A DNA stretch of 64,000 nt from Octopus vulgaris. Taxonomy: Eukaryota. Under the pieces are notes generated by a model that did not search any database, was not told the DNA's origin, and saw nothing but the letters and a program-made list of their open reading frames with translations. Shown here in pieces: positions 1-13,610 of this stretch (the stretch's first letter is position 1; every line of letters starts with the position of its first letter). The DNA lies in contig OX597824.1 in assembly GCA_951406725.2 (NCBI GenBank), positions 53,878,001 to 53,942,000 of the forward strand, written 5' to 3'. Position numbers and translations under genes: made by a program.

Positions 1-767
1 ATATACAATTTTCAAGATGGTGTAATTTAGTTGTTCATTTTGAACTGATAAAAAGGTTTTTTTCAAATATTTCACCTATAAGTGTGTATATATGTATATA
101 GTGGTATAAATACCAACACAACTTTTTTTCCCCCTTCCTCCCTTATTTTTCTTTATCTTTTTCCTTTTTTTTTTGTCTCTCTCCCCTTCTCCAAACACAC
201 AGACACCGCACATGCACACACACACACACACACACACAAACAAACACAGACACCTCCACAAAACAATCATACAAAGTGACAAGAATTCTTAAAAACCCAA
301 AAAGACATCTGACCATCCCAACAATGTTAAAAGGAAATATAATTTATGGCTTACCTCCCTACCATCACACACTCAATGACACTGTGAATGGTCAAAACTG
401 AAACCCCTTGAAGTCAATATCCTGTCCAGCAGACCAAAAAACTTCTTTCCTTCTTCTTCCCTCTCCCTTCCCCTCTTTCTCTTTAGCATCACCTCAGATA
501 CAAACACACACACACATGCTCTCCCTCTTACTTTCTCCTCATCCACCTCACCCTCTTGTACTGTCTTACATTCCTCCCCACTACAACCAGAAACTATAAA
601 ATGATTAAAATCCCCAGCAAAGGAACTTATTTTCATTTGAAAATCCCACTAGAATGGGAGAAAGTGATATGAACTAAGTGATATGATATATATGTAAAAA
701 ATGTAATATATAAATAAATATCTGTAAATACAAACCATCCCATCTTCTGATTACCTCATTTATTCTA

Positions 768-798
<31 letters not shown>

Positions 799-1486
799 AA
801 AATAATAATAAATCTCTGAAGGAGATATATATATATATACATACATATTACATATGTGTAAAAAAAATCTCATCACACAATCGAACCAATGAAAGAGCCT
901 CTATCTGGTCACTTGACATGCCAAAAATAGCAGCCAAAGTATTCCCCTACCTAAATCACATGCCCATTGTATGTAATATCCTAGATTATCCTTAAAAAGA
1001 TGGTTTGCTGAAAGCTGGAATGTCTTTGATGACAGGTTTGCAGTATCAAAGCTGATTTGAGGCTAAATAACAACATTATGGTAAATTTCTATATTAACAC
1101 CTGCACGATTTTCACTAAATGATGTTTTGCTTGGAATCAAGTACCCTGACCTCCTAACATGCTGCAAATCCCTTATTTTGGTTCAGAAAAAAATGAGCAC
1201 CCCACCCCATCCTGGAACCATTGGAAATTTTTTTCATTGAATGAATTCCAGTGACCTCCTAATATTGCAAAATTAGGTTACTTAAGGTGAGCCATGGTGC
1301 AACCAACAACATCCCTGCTTTTAATTTGGTGTGGATGGGTAATATCAATTCAATCACAACATATATTTAAATTAAACATGAAAAAAATTGAAATATTATC
1401 TTTCAGTATTTTATAAGGTAAAATCTTAAATTATTAATTGACACATTATTAATTATCTTATAACAGCAGTGCCTGGAAAATTATGG

Positions 1487-2004
1487 ATTACATGGAAAGA
1501 TGCGAGCATGAAAAGTAATATTCTTAAGATTATAAACCTGGAAAAGTACAGGACAAGTTATTACACCTGTAAAAGTATAGGACAAGCTATTACTTCTAGT
1601 AAAGTAAAGAATAAGAAACTTTTTACCTAAAATATTGCAGCTAAAATTAAAATTTGAATATTAGAACTTATTCTATTATAGTTTACAAATAACACTATAC
1701 TTCATTTAAGTAGAATTTGGCTAATTTACTACCTTAAATACAGAAAAAAGTGACTAATTAGACAAACTTATAAATTAGCTGAAAAGTTTTGTACAATAAA
1801 TTTAAAAGATAAGAACTGTAAAAAGTGATAAATTAGAAGTGGCATTCTTTGCTGCAATATTTTAAGTAAAAAGTTTCTTATTCTTTACTTTGCTAGAAGT
1901 AACAGCTTGTCCTAAACTTTTACAGGTGTAATAACTTGTCTTGTACTTTTCTAGGTTTATAATCCTAAGAATATTATTTCCATGCTCGCATTTTTCCATG
2001 TAAT
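1487..2004. repeat. Inverted repeat, ~155-bp arms (1487-1641 / 1851-2004), ~210-bp spacer
   Basis: attacatggaaagatgcgagcatg...aatattgcagc is mirrored by gctgcaatatt...catgctcgcatttttccatgtaat with scattered mismatches. Confidence 0.9.
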
Positions 2005-3153
2005 ATATATGAACAAAAACAAGAATAAGACAAAATGAGAGGAATAAGTTTAACAAAGGTGTTAGTATAAAACTTGAAAGAAAGAAGAGCAGTATTTAAT
2101 GTTTAGGACAGTAATCTTTTGTCAGAAAAAAGAAAGAAGAAAAGGGGGAAAAACAGGAGGAAAGCTGGTAGGAAAGGTAAAAAGAAAGAAAGAAAAATGA
2201 TTCAGAAGTGGGAATGCAGTTCTATGCAAAGGAGTTAGGAAGAAAGGATGAGGTGGTGTGGTGTGTGCATATATGGGCAGTTATCTTTGTATAGAGTTAG
2301 GCATGGGGGTGATGTGAGTGTGGTGTGAAGGGAAGTAGGCAAGATATTATTGTATGGGATGGGGAGCAAAAGTCATATTCTGTCATAGAGATCAGTTACC
2401 AGACAGATGTGGATGTTTCATTGAAGTTAGTGAAAGGGAGAACATCTACAGAGAAGTAATGAAAAACTTTCAGTTCTTAAATAAAGGATATAGATTTTCA
2501 ACTATACCCATTATCATGGGTACACTAGAATATGTAATAACAGACTGGCACAAAAAGAGATCCTCCAAGGAAGAACAATGTAAACTGATTTACATTCTCC
2601 AAATATTATCAATTAGTGGTACAGAGACAATTTATAAAACATTCCATGACTGGAATGAACATATGCACACAACTGCATGTGCATGTGGTGCATGCACACA
2701 AAAAAAACTGCAAAACACATACACACTGATCCCATGAGTGCAAGCTTATCCACACACATATCCACAAATCCCAATTGTCACTTTGTTAGTAACCAGCTTG
2801 AATTCTGTGAAGGAAAGTCTTAAATTTTGAAGAAAAATACACATACATAGAGAGTAATACAATGTAGGTAATCCTTTAGTAGATTTTGTTTGCAATGTAT
2901 AATTTTGTCACAACTCTCAGCGTCTTGCCAAAAAGTCATTAAATGACTAGACATTCTGGTGTGTATATGCTAAAAACTTGGACAAGTATTTATAACATGT
3001 GAAGACTATTTGACAATGATTGATGTATAATGACTATTTTCTTTTCCTCTGAAGAAATTCATTTAAAACACTGTATAATAGATTATGTTGAAGACTCCTG
3101 CAGAATGCCATTTGGTACACTTACCAAAGAAAAGAGAGGTGCAGACATGTCTA

Positions 3154-3420
<267 letters not shown>

Positions 3421-3552
3421 TCAGGTAAATGTTATCACAAACTATAGAAAAGATAAATAAAAAGCCTATTTTGGAAACAATGATAATAATGTAGAAACAG
3501 TTTTAAAAAGTGTTCCTTGAATTACAAAATAGAATTATAGTTGGTTATACTC

Positions 3553-3783
3553 ACTCTTTACTCTTTTACTTGTTTCAGTCATTTCACTGTGGCCATGCTA
3601 GAGTACCACCTTTAGTCGAGCAAATAGACCCCAAGACTTATTCTTTGGAAGCCTAGTACTTATTCTATCAGTCTCTTTTGCCGAACTGCTAAGTTACGGG
3701 GAGGTAAACACACCAGCATCAGTTGTCAAGCAATGTTGGGGGGGGGGGGGGGATACAAACTTATACACACACACATATCTATA

Positions 3784-3818
<35 letters not shown>

Positions 3819-3966
3819 GCTTCTTTCAGTTTCCGCCTACCAAATCCACTCACAAGCTTTGGTCAGCCCGAGGCTATAGTAAAAGACACCTGCCCAAGAT
3901 GCCACGCAGTGGGACTGAACCCGGAACCATGTGGTTCGTAAGCAAGCTACTTACCACACACCCACT
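3553..3966 (-). mobile_element. tRNA-derived SINE (octopus-type) with internal (TA)n and LINE-derived tail
   Basis: Minus strand: A-box-like TGTGTGGTAAG, B-box-like GGTTCAGTCCC, tail ...CTAGCATGGCCACAG...TGACTGAAACAAGTAAAAGAG; same family as 23233-23650. Confidence 0.85.
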
Positions 3967-4608
3967 ATATTGGAAAATTATATAAGATATGGAAGAAATA
4001 GATTTTATTAATCTATAGAGAAATCTTGATATAACTGGTTAATATTATATTACATGACATTATATATTATGCATAAATATCCTGAAGTTGTCGTAGGTTT
4101 AGTGGCTTGAAACAAAATATGTGCTGAGTGAATATTGAAGTTGTGGAGATTTGGGGGCCATTTAGAGTGTGAAACATATTAGGAAATGGTGAGGGAATAT
4201 ACAATAGGAATAACAAAAGGAAAAGTGAGTGTACATTTGTGAATACCAGTGGGCATACAGTGAGTGTATGTGAATGGTAGAGACCATTGTAGTAGCAATT
4301 AAAAGGGTACAATGAAAGTCACAGCATTCACATCTAGAATGATATTGCTACTTCACATACTGACATCTGTATCCAATGCTCCTAGGAAATGTATGGTTTC
4401 ATATCAATATTTACTCATTCATCTAGTCATCCATATTATGTCTACCTTCAATTCCCACATTAACAATTACACTCAGTCATTCCTTTGCAGAATGTCAGTC
4501 TTTAGGAATTCCTCCCTTGCCCATGTTTTTCTAACTGAAGCTCCTTCCTCATGACCAAACCAATAAACAATAAGTTTAATAAAGAGCCCATACTGTCAAA
4601 AGCATTAA

Positions 4609-5972
4609 CCCTTTCATTACTAACCAGGCCGAAAAATCTTTTGCTTCATAATGTTATTTAAATGTAAATTTGAACCCAAATCTCGTTGGTACATTCGTTA
4701 AAACATGTGATTTCACTTTGTAAATAGTTGGGTTATAGTATCCGACATTGCTTGATGTGATATCTCAACTCAGTGAATTTTGGGAGATTTTTTTCCACAT
4801 TTTTTTCAGCATCGATTTTTCTTCAACTTTGAAAATAGATAGGAGTTTCATGTTATCAAGCATTGATTCCGAATTTAAAGCTTTTTCAACGGAAAATAGG
4901 GAGATATCGAGAAAAAGAATGAATGAGGTACAAAAGCACGTGGTGTACAATAATGAATAGGATATTTTTTTATCCGAAAATGAAAGCAGCGATTCTGAAG
5001 AAACTGAAAACGGCGATAGCGACAGCAAAGACGATTTTACATTGGAATGAAGTAAAAAACATTAAAAATGTTTTTATTAGCAATTTTTCTGAGGAGACAG
5101 AGTTTATCCATAGTCTTTCTTAGGAAGCTAAACCATTAGACTTTTATTTTTTACAGTATGTTTGTTTGAAGTGATCACTGCGGAAACAAACTGTTACGCA
5201 GAATGTAAACAAACATGAAATGGGGGATCAAAGTTTGGAAAATTTGTGAAGCAAATACTGGGTACTGTTGTGGATTTAGTTTTTATACAGGGAAAATAAT
5301 ATTAGTCAGCATGGCTTAGGGTACAATGTGGTCTGGAAGTTATTGTTTGAAGTGATCACTGCAGAAACAAATTTACGCAGAATGTAAACAAACACGAAAT
5401 GGGGGATCAAAGTTCAGAAAATTTGTGAAGCAAATACTGGGTACTGCTGTGGATTTAGTTTTTATACAGGGAAAATAATGTTAGTCCATAACTAGGGCCG
5501 TATATTATTTTTTGAGCGATTTCTTTAGTTCAGTCAAACTTGCGGTGGATTTAGGTGGATTCCAGTATTTCACTTTATTCCACCTTTATGGTACACCTGT
5601 TGTGCATTAAATTCAACTGATGATCTAGTGCTGTGTACAATTCTTCTTTATCAAAATTTTGTTGCATACCCAATTGAATATTAGCTGATGATTCATTTTC
5701 TATGGTGATGTTTAAACAAAATTTTAATATTTTTACCTTTTGCTCAGTTTACCTGGATTTACCTGTAATTAAAGTCACTTTGAGACAAAAGTTATGCAAC
5801 AGAATTGATTAAGAACCCTTTCTTTAGTTATGTTCCAAATATCACATTAATATGTTGATAAGTAAAAAAGTTACAGTTATTTAATGAAACAAGCCTAAAT
5901 TCATGATTATTTTAGAATTTAATTGAAACTCATGAGGGGTGTATTTTGGTCAGAAATATAGTAACAAAAGGG
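4609..5972 (+). mobile_element. Non-autonomous piggyBac deletion derivative
   Basis: TTAA TSDs, CCCTTT...AAAGGG termini; transposase remnants LFEVITAETNCYA, GIKVWKICEANTGYCCGFSFYTGK, GRILFFERFFSSVKLAVDL; internal ~180-bp tandem duplication. Confidence 0.88.
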
Positions 5973-6220
5973 TTAACTTGACATTAGATGCTGAGATTAT
6001 CAAAGTTCAGTTTTTATTAAATATTAATATAGAAATAAATACTGAAGGATGACCTCGGGATGCTGAACCTTTCAAATGAGCTGACAAAAGACTGAAATAA
6101 CTGGCACCTTGCTGTACTCAAGACCCATACCCCCATAGCAGAAGTTTTAAGGCCACTCCCCCACTGCTGAAGATGACTGGCCTGCAAGAGTCCTGTACCA
6201 ATGCTATAGAAAAAAAACAC

Positions 6221-6594
<374 letters not shown>

Positions 6595-6691
6595 TTAGTC
6601 ACAAACATAAATCAAAACAAGATTTTACTATTAGTGTCCATAATGAAATTGTATTTGTATCAAATGTTTCACAAACTACAATAAAACTTAC

Positions 6692-6810
6692 TCTTTCCAG
6701 TCTGCTCACGAAATTCTCTTGCCTTCACCAAATCAAACTGACCATCCTGTCCTTCACATGTTGAAATGATTTTTCTAAGACAGTCTGTAGCAAAAACTCT
6801 GGTGGGCCAT
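6692..6810 (-). CDS. HEATR5B: HEATR5 exon O (WPTRVFATDCLRKIISTCEGQDGQFDLVKAREFREQTGK)
   Basis: ATTTCTAG acceptor, A|GTAAGT donor, 119 nt, phase 2-1. Confidence 0.92.
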
Positions 6811-9253
6811 CTAGAAATCAAGACATTTACATCTTTAGAATTGATTAACAGTATGTCTGCTTCACAGAAAGATGCTTGTATAAATCTCCAACAATAACCT
6901 CTCATTTGCATACTTCTGTTTTTGAGATAATGTTAAATTATTTTGACTTTCAATCAACTTAATCCCCAACTGTTATCAAATATATTCTACACATACACAA
7001 TACCATTTGACTTGTTTTCAGCACAGAACATTGGTGTTTCACACTGTGGATTACTGGATTTAAATTCTTCCTCAGTAATTCCCATCACTCATTTTCTTTC
7101 TAACTGCAGTATTCTGTGGCTGTAATTAAATGTGAGCAGAACTTCATATTTCACCAGCTTTTCCTTGATGCCACTAATTTTTCTCACTACCCAAAACCAT
7201 TTGATTTGATATCTGTCTTTCATTCTTAACACTGTCCCTCTTAACTCACATTTTACATCGATTCATCTTCTCCACCACCATATCTCCCACCTCTTCACCT
7301 CACTCTTGCAACCTACCCAACCATACATAATTTCTTTTTTTTTTCCCTCTTTTTCTCTCATCCTTTCCCTGCCTAATGTATCATTATTAGTATTTTACTG
7401 CTCTTCACCCTTTTCTGCACTCACTCACCTCCTACTTTCCCTTATCTCTTGCCAACTGATAGATATCATTGATTACCTGCTACCCTTATCTACCATTCAC
7501 TACATCTACCCTCAATCCTACCCAATCTCTATAGTCAGCACCTACTTTCCCTCCAATATCATCTTTCAACATTTGTTCTTTATTCATTATATTTAACCCC
7601 TCACACATTCCCCCATTTCTAACCATCTCTCACTCTTTCCATGCATACATGCAACATCTATCCACTCCTACTCTCTGTTCTTCTGTCCTTGCTCACTTTG
7701 AAAGTACTCTGACACCTTATCAATAGTATTTCATCTCACTTTCTAGCTCAACCAGGTTACTTCCATCCTCTTTTTCAGTTAGAAACCAGTTGTCTTGGCC
7801 CCCTTCCTTTCTATTTTACCCCACCCCATCTCCTAGTATAAAGCCACTTCTCTCTATATAGCACCACTCAGTTGATGGAGTTCTTAACTTTGAAAGCTGC
7901 ATAGCCATCGTGCTAGTGCTGGTGCAAAAAAAAAAAAAGTACATGCTTTTAAGTAGTTGAGTTAGGAAGAATGTTCAGTCATAGGAGTTATGCCAAAGTA
8001 GACACTGGAGCACAACGTAGTCCTTGCACCTGTCAGATGTTGTGAAACTGTCTAACCCATGTCAGCATGGAATATATGGACCTTGATAGGTGATGATGAT
8101 GAGGACACTTCAAATCCATTAAGAGGGGAAAAGTAACGATTATGAAATAAGGTTGGAGACAAGAATGCAACCATTCATGGATGTATACAATTGGAATATC
8201 CATCATTTCACAATTCTGTATAAATATAAATCTCATTTAATCTACAGAAGCCCCATTGAAACTATAAATCCCAATTAAACTACATCAGTCTCATTAAAAC
8301 TACACACAAAAATAAATGAATGAATAAATTTTTGCTTTCCATAATTTCTAACAAAATACAGAGAAAGATGCCATTGATATAAACTCTAACAATAAACACT
8401 GTTATGCAACAATACTGAGCAAGGAAAATATTAATTGGAAAACTATATTAAATTGATGTGGGCACAATTTGATTAATGAAATAAAACTTTGTATTTTCTA
8501 AGTCATTTTACCCATTAGTTTAGGGACTCAAACTGTTTGAGTAAGTCTAGAAAGGACCAATTTTTGATAAATAATAAAAAGAGAGGCAATCAAAGGAATA
8601 CAAAGAAGTATAAAAACTATGGTGGTTAGAAACTGTTGAAAGTAAAAACAAAAAATTCTTTAAAATGATAAATGGCTACTTTACAAAATTAAGGAATTAT
8701 TCTTAAAAGTCAAAAGAAATCTAAACTGATCAATAGATACTGATATTTGATAAATCATCAGTTACTATTCAAAATCACGTTATTCTCATAATTATTATTC
8801 ATTTATTACCTGTAGTTCGAGAAATCAAGTGTTTCCTTTGTTATATGAAAAAGAGAGTTAGGTATGCCTTGGAAAACACACAAGGCTATGATATGCTGTG
8901 TCAGAATGCCCTAAAATATTTACACATTATCATATTCAACAAATATCATCACCATTACCATAAGAGGTAATCAAGCTTGCTGGATAGCTTAATACTTTCC
9001 TTTACATTTTATATCCCTTTATATTTCCTGTTGTCATTAGCTATACTTTTGTACCTTTGGTATTCTCAAATTTACAATAATTTTATTTCCTTCCATCTTC
9101 CTGTAAATATATATCTTTGGTATCCAATGGCAATCTGCAAATTTTTATAATTAACTCTTTTTAAGGAACAAATTTTCTTAATACTACCTTGCTTTTTGTG
9201 AAAGGTAAACAAAAATAAGTGTTGAAGATCTTACAAGTGAAATGTCAGTTTAC

Positions 9254-9380
9254 CTTGGGGCAACAGATGGATGGGTAATATCAGTTTCAGTTGCTTTCAA
9301 AGCAGAATCATCATCTTCTTCATCTTTCTCAACCAGATAATTTTCCTCAGGAATAGTTTCTTGAATGGTGCTACTAGTAT
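9254..9380 (-). CDS. HEATR5B: HEATR5 exon N (DTSSTIQETIPEENYLVEKDEEDDDSALKATETDITHPSVAP-R)
   Basis: CTTCTTAG acceptor, AG|GTAAAC donor, 127 nt, phase 1-2; acidic linker before the conserved PRW motif. Confidence 0.88.
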
Positions 9381-9956
9381 CTAAGAAGTAAATATGAGAA
9401 AACATATCAAGTCATTGTCACTCATGCAAACTCTCAAGGTATAAGAAGGTGGGCATAAGAGAGGATACAGAATATGGATTAGGGGAGGTGGAGAAAAGAG
9501 AAGGGTACTTTGCTCTGGTACTCAATCAGTACCATCTTTATCTTCCCAGCTACTTCCACTCACCTGTGTATAATATCAGGTAGCTATGTATCTCCTCTAA
9601 AACAAGACATCTGTGCTTATCTTTCAATCATACATTAGTCTCTCAACTCTTGGGATAAAGCCACCTCCCTCCCTCAAATACTCCTGCACTGAGTCAAAGG
9701 GATTTTTTTAATTCTGTTCTTTCTTTTATCTTGTAAATTACTCTGTGACCTCACTAGTGCCAGTGGCATGGAAAAAGCAGCCAGTACACAGTGTAAAGTG
9801 GTTGGTGCTAGGAAGGGTATCCAGCCATAAAAATCATGCTAAGGCTGACATTGGAGCTTGATACAGCTCTACAGTTTGAAGCATCTTGTCAAACCATCTA
9901 ACCCATTGAAAACAGATGTATAATGATGAATATATATATATATATATTTACTTCCT

Positions 9957-12900
9957 GGATTTATGCTGCATCCAGGAAGTAAGGTGGAGAGGAGGCTCCG
10001 CTAGGCTCCTCACAGGCAAGGAACACAGGTACAAGATTTTCTGGGCAGGGAACACTGACGTGGGTCGGGGGCGTGGGTATACTTCTTGCGGAGAAATGGG
10101 TAGATAAGGTAAACGAGGTAGTCAGAGTAAGTGATAGAGTACTTAAGATTAGATTAGTGCTTCACCATAGGTCAGCTACCATCATCTCGGCATATGCCCC
10201 TCAACCAGGGCTACCGGAAGGACAAAAAGACCAATTCTATGACACCCTATTGCGGACTACCTCGTTGACAAATGACAGTGACCTTCTCTTCGTGGCAGGT
10301 GATTTCAATGGACATGTTGGACGGCATGTCGGGGGCTTCCATGGCGTTCATGGAGGCTACGGTTTTGGCTCTCGTAATGAGGAAGGAACCAGGCTGCTGG
10401 AGTTCTGCGATGCAAATGACCTTATGGTCTGCAATACCAACTTCAGGAAACCCACCTCTCACCTAGTCACCTACCGTTCTGGCAGACACACTAGCCAGAT
10501 TGACTACATCCTTGCCAGAAAAAGGGAAAGAGGGCTGCTTATAAATGCCAAAACCTTTCCAGGCGAAGAATGTACTCCTCAACATAGATTAGTAGTTAGC
10601 GACTTCAGGATCAGAGCTAAATGGTTGCCCAGAAGAAGACCAGCTTGGAGGAGAAGGGTCTGGAAGCTTAAAGATCCTGAAAATGGACAGAGATTTAGAG
10701 ACATACTACTCGAAGCCTTTGACGAAATGGAAGGGGATATAGCTTCACTTAATGTGGAAGGCAACTGGAGATTTCTACGGGACAATCTGCTGACAGCCAC
10801 TGACCAGATCTGTGGATGGAGCAAAGTACCATCTCGACCCAGAGTAACATGGTGGTGGAACACTGTGGTTGACAGGGCTATTAGACAAAAGAGACAGGCT
10901 TGGAAGGACTGGAAGAACGGTGGTAGCAGGGAATTGTATCAGACAGCCAGAAGGGAAGCTAGGAGACAGGTTTATTTAGCCAGAGGGGAAGCAGATAAGA
11001 AAAAATTTGCCAATGTTCTGAGCCATGAGGACCAAAGACTGGAGGTGTTTCGTGTTGCAAGAAGTGTGTGAGAGAGAATCGTGATGTGGTAGGAGAGAAG
11101 TGTGTTCGCATGGATGATGGTTCACTTGCGCTAAATGAGGATGCAAAGAGAGAGGTTTGGAGATGCCACTATGAAAGGTTGCTGAATAAAGAAAATGAAT
11201 GGGATAAAGAGAGTCTGCCGAATGTCAACCCAACAGAGGGACCAGCTATCGGAGTTGAAAATTCTTTGGTAGTTAAAGCAATTAGAAGCATGAAGACAGG
11301 GAAAGCCCCAGGCCCATCAGGAATTACTGCAGAGATGCTCAAAATATCTGGCAGTGTCGGCTATAACCTAGTCACCCGTAGTCAACCAGGTGATACACGA
11401 AGGAGTCATACCCAATGACTGGTGTAGCAGCATACTAGTCAACTGCTACAAAGGTAAAGGTGATGCCCTAGATACAAATAATTACAGAGGTATCAAGCTG
11501 TTGGATCAGGTAATGAAGGTTACGGAGAGGGTCATTGCCCAACTAATTAGAGAGAGAGTTAGTTTAGATGAGATGCAGTTTGAGTTCGTGCCAGGGAAAA
11601 GTACCACTGATGCTATATTCCTGGTAAGGCAGCTGCAGGAGAAATACCTAGCCAAAGATAAGCCCCTGTACCTGGCTTTCGTTGACATGGAGAAAGCTTT
11701 TGATAGGGTCCCCCCGATCCCTTATCTGGTGGTCAATGAGGAAACTAGGGATAGATGAATGGCTGGTGAGGGCTGTGCAAGCCATGTACAGAGATGCCAT
11801 AAGTAAGGTTAGGGTTGGCAACATGTACACAGAAGAATTCAAAGTAGAGGTTGGGGTCCACCAAGGTTCAGTACTGAGCCCCCTCCTATTTATCATAGTC
11901 CTCCAGGCAATTACGGAGGAATTCAAGACAGGTTGCCCCTGGGAGCTCCTCTACGCTGACGACCTTGCTCTAATTGCTGAGTCACTATCAGAACTGGAGG
12001 AGAAGTTCCAGGTGTGGAAGGAGGGTTTAGAATCGAGGGGCCTTAGAGTCAACCTAGCTAAAACCAAAGTACTAATAAGTAGGAAGGTAGACAATCCACA
12101 AATGTCTTCAGGAAGATGGCCCTGCTCGATCTGTAGAAAAGGTGTAGGTAGAAACTCTATAAGATGTACCCAGCGTAAGCTATGGACACATAAGAGGTGC
12201 AGCAATGTCAAAGGTAGGCTAACTGGGAAGATAGTTTTTGTATGTGGCAGATGCTCGGGAGCATTAACCTCCGAAAATCTGCAGAAAACAACTTCCGTCA
12301 CTTTCCAGGGGGAAAAACTAGAAGTAGTTGATAGCTTCCGTTATCTAGGTGACCAAGTCAGTAGTGGGGGTGGGTGCGCTGAAAGTGTAACTGCTAGAAT
12401 AAGAATAGCCTGGGCAAAGTTTAGGGAGCTCTTACCTCTGCTGGTGACTAAAGGCCTCTCGCTCAGAGTAAAAGGCAGACTGTATGATGCATGTGTACGA
12501 ACAGCCATGCTACATGGCAGTGAAACATGGGCCGTGACTGCTGAGGACATGCGTAAGCTCGTGAGGAATGAAGCCAGTATGCTCCGATGGATGTGTAATG
12601 TCAGTGTACATACTCGACAGAGCCTTAGTACCTTGAGAGAAATGTTGTACCTAAGAAGCATCAGTTGTGGTGTGCAAGAGAGACGATTGCGCTGGTATGG
12701 TCATGTGGCGAGAATGGATGAAGATAGGTGTGTGAGAAAGTGCCAATCCCTAGCAGTTGAGGGAACCCGTGGAAGAGGTGGACCCAGGAAAACCTGGGAC
12801 GAGGTGGTGAAGCACGACCTTCGAACTTTAGGCCTCACTGAGGAAATGACCAGCGACCGAGACCTTTGGAAATATGCTGTACGTGAGAAGACCAGGCAGG

Positions 12901-13590
12901 ACAAGTGAGCCCAGCCCACTTATGAATGCCTTTCCTCCCTTGGACACAAAGACCTGTTGAGGCAAGCGAAGTCGATATAGAACCTCATCCGACGACAGGC
13001 ACCCATGCCAACCCCTTTGCTTGTGAAGACATGTTGGGGCAAGCGAAATCGAAATCGAATTGAACCAGCCAGGATCCCTGGTCTGGTGGTACGTAAAAAG
13101 CACTATCCGACTCGTGGCCGATGCCAGCGCCGCCTCCACTGGCTTCCGTGCCGGTGGCACGTAAAATACACCAATCCGACCGTACGACAGGCACCCATGC
13201 CAACCCCTTTTGCTTGCGAAGACATGTTGGGGCAAGTGAAATCGAAATCGAATTGAACCAGCCAGGATCCCTGGTCTGGTGGTACGTAAAAAGCACTATC
13301 CGACTCGTGGCCGATGCCAGCGCCGCCTCGACTGGCTTCCGTGCCGGTGGCACATAAAATACACCAATCCGACCGTGGCCGTTGCCAGCCTCGCCTGGCA
13401 CCTGTGCAAGTGGCACGTAAAAAGCACCCACTACACTCACGGAGTGGTTGGCGTTAGGAAGGGCATCCAGCTGTAGAAACATTGCCAGATAAGACTGGAG
13501 CCTGGTGCAGCCTTCTGGCTTCCCAGATCCCCGGTCAAACCGTCCAACCCATGCTAGCATGGAGAACGGACGTTAAACGATGATGATGAT
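9957..13590 (+). mobile_element. RTE-clade LINE copy 1, 5'-truncated and frameshifted (APE endonuclease + RT with PHD insert + structured 3' UTR)
   Basis: DLCCIQEVRW, GDFNGHVG, QIDYIL, HRLVV (APE); QGSVLSP, YADD, FRYLG, RRLRWYGHV (RT); ORF pieces 10073-11071, 11068-11418, 11390-11758, 11682-12908; (GAT)n tail. Confidence 0.95.
12992..13376 (+). repeat. Near-perfect 192-bp tandem duplication in the RTE 3' UTR
   Basis: acgacaggcacccatgcc...ccaatccgaccgt at 12992-13183 and 13184-13376. Confidence 0.92.
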
Positions 13591-13610
13591 GTATGTATGT
13601 AAGTATGTAT

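Noticed and set aside
76-640. Short ORFs rich in CV/HT/IY (also near 15178-15525, 25197-25388, 26071-26566, 42453-42731)
   Set aside because: Translations of (CA)n/(TA)n microsatellites and low-complexity tracts; no coding signal
10247-12919. Numerous antisense ORFs over RTE copies (also 17116-17907, 29610-30751, 63069-63498)
   Set aside because: Shadow frames of LINE coding sequence; they recur only because the LINE recurs
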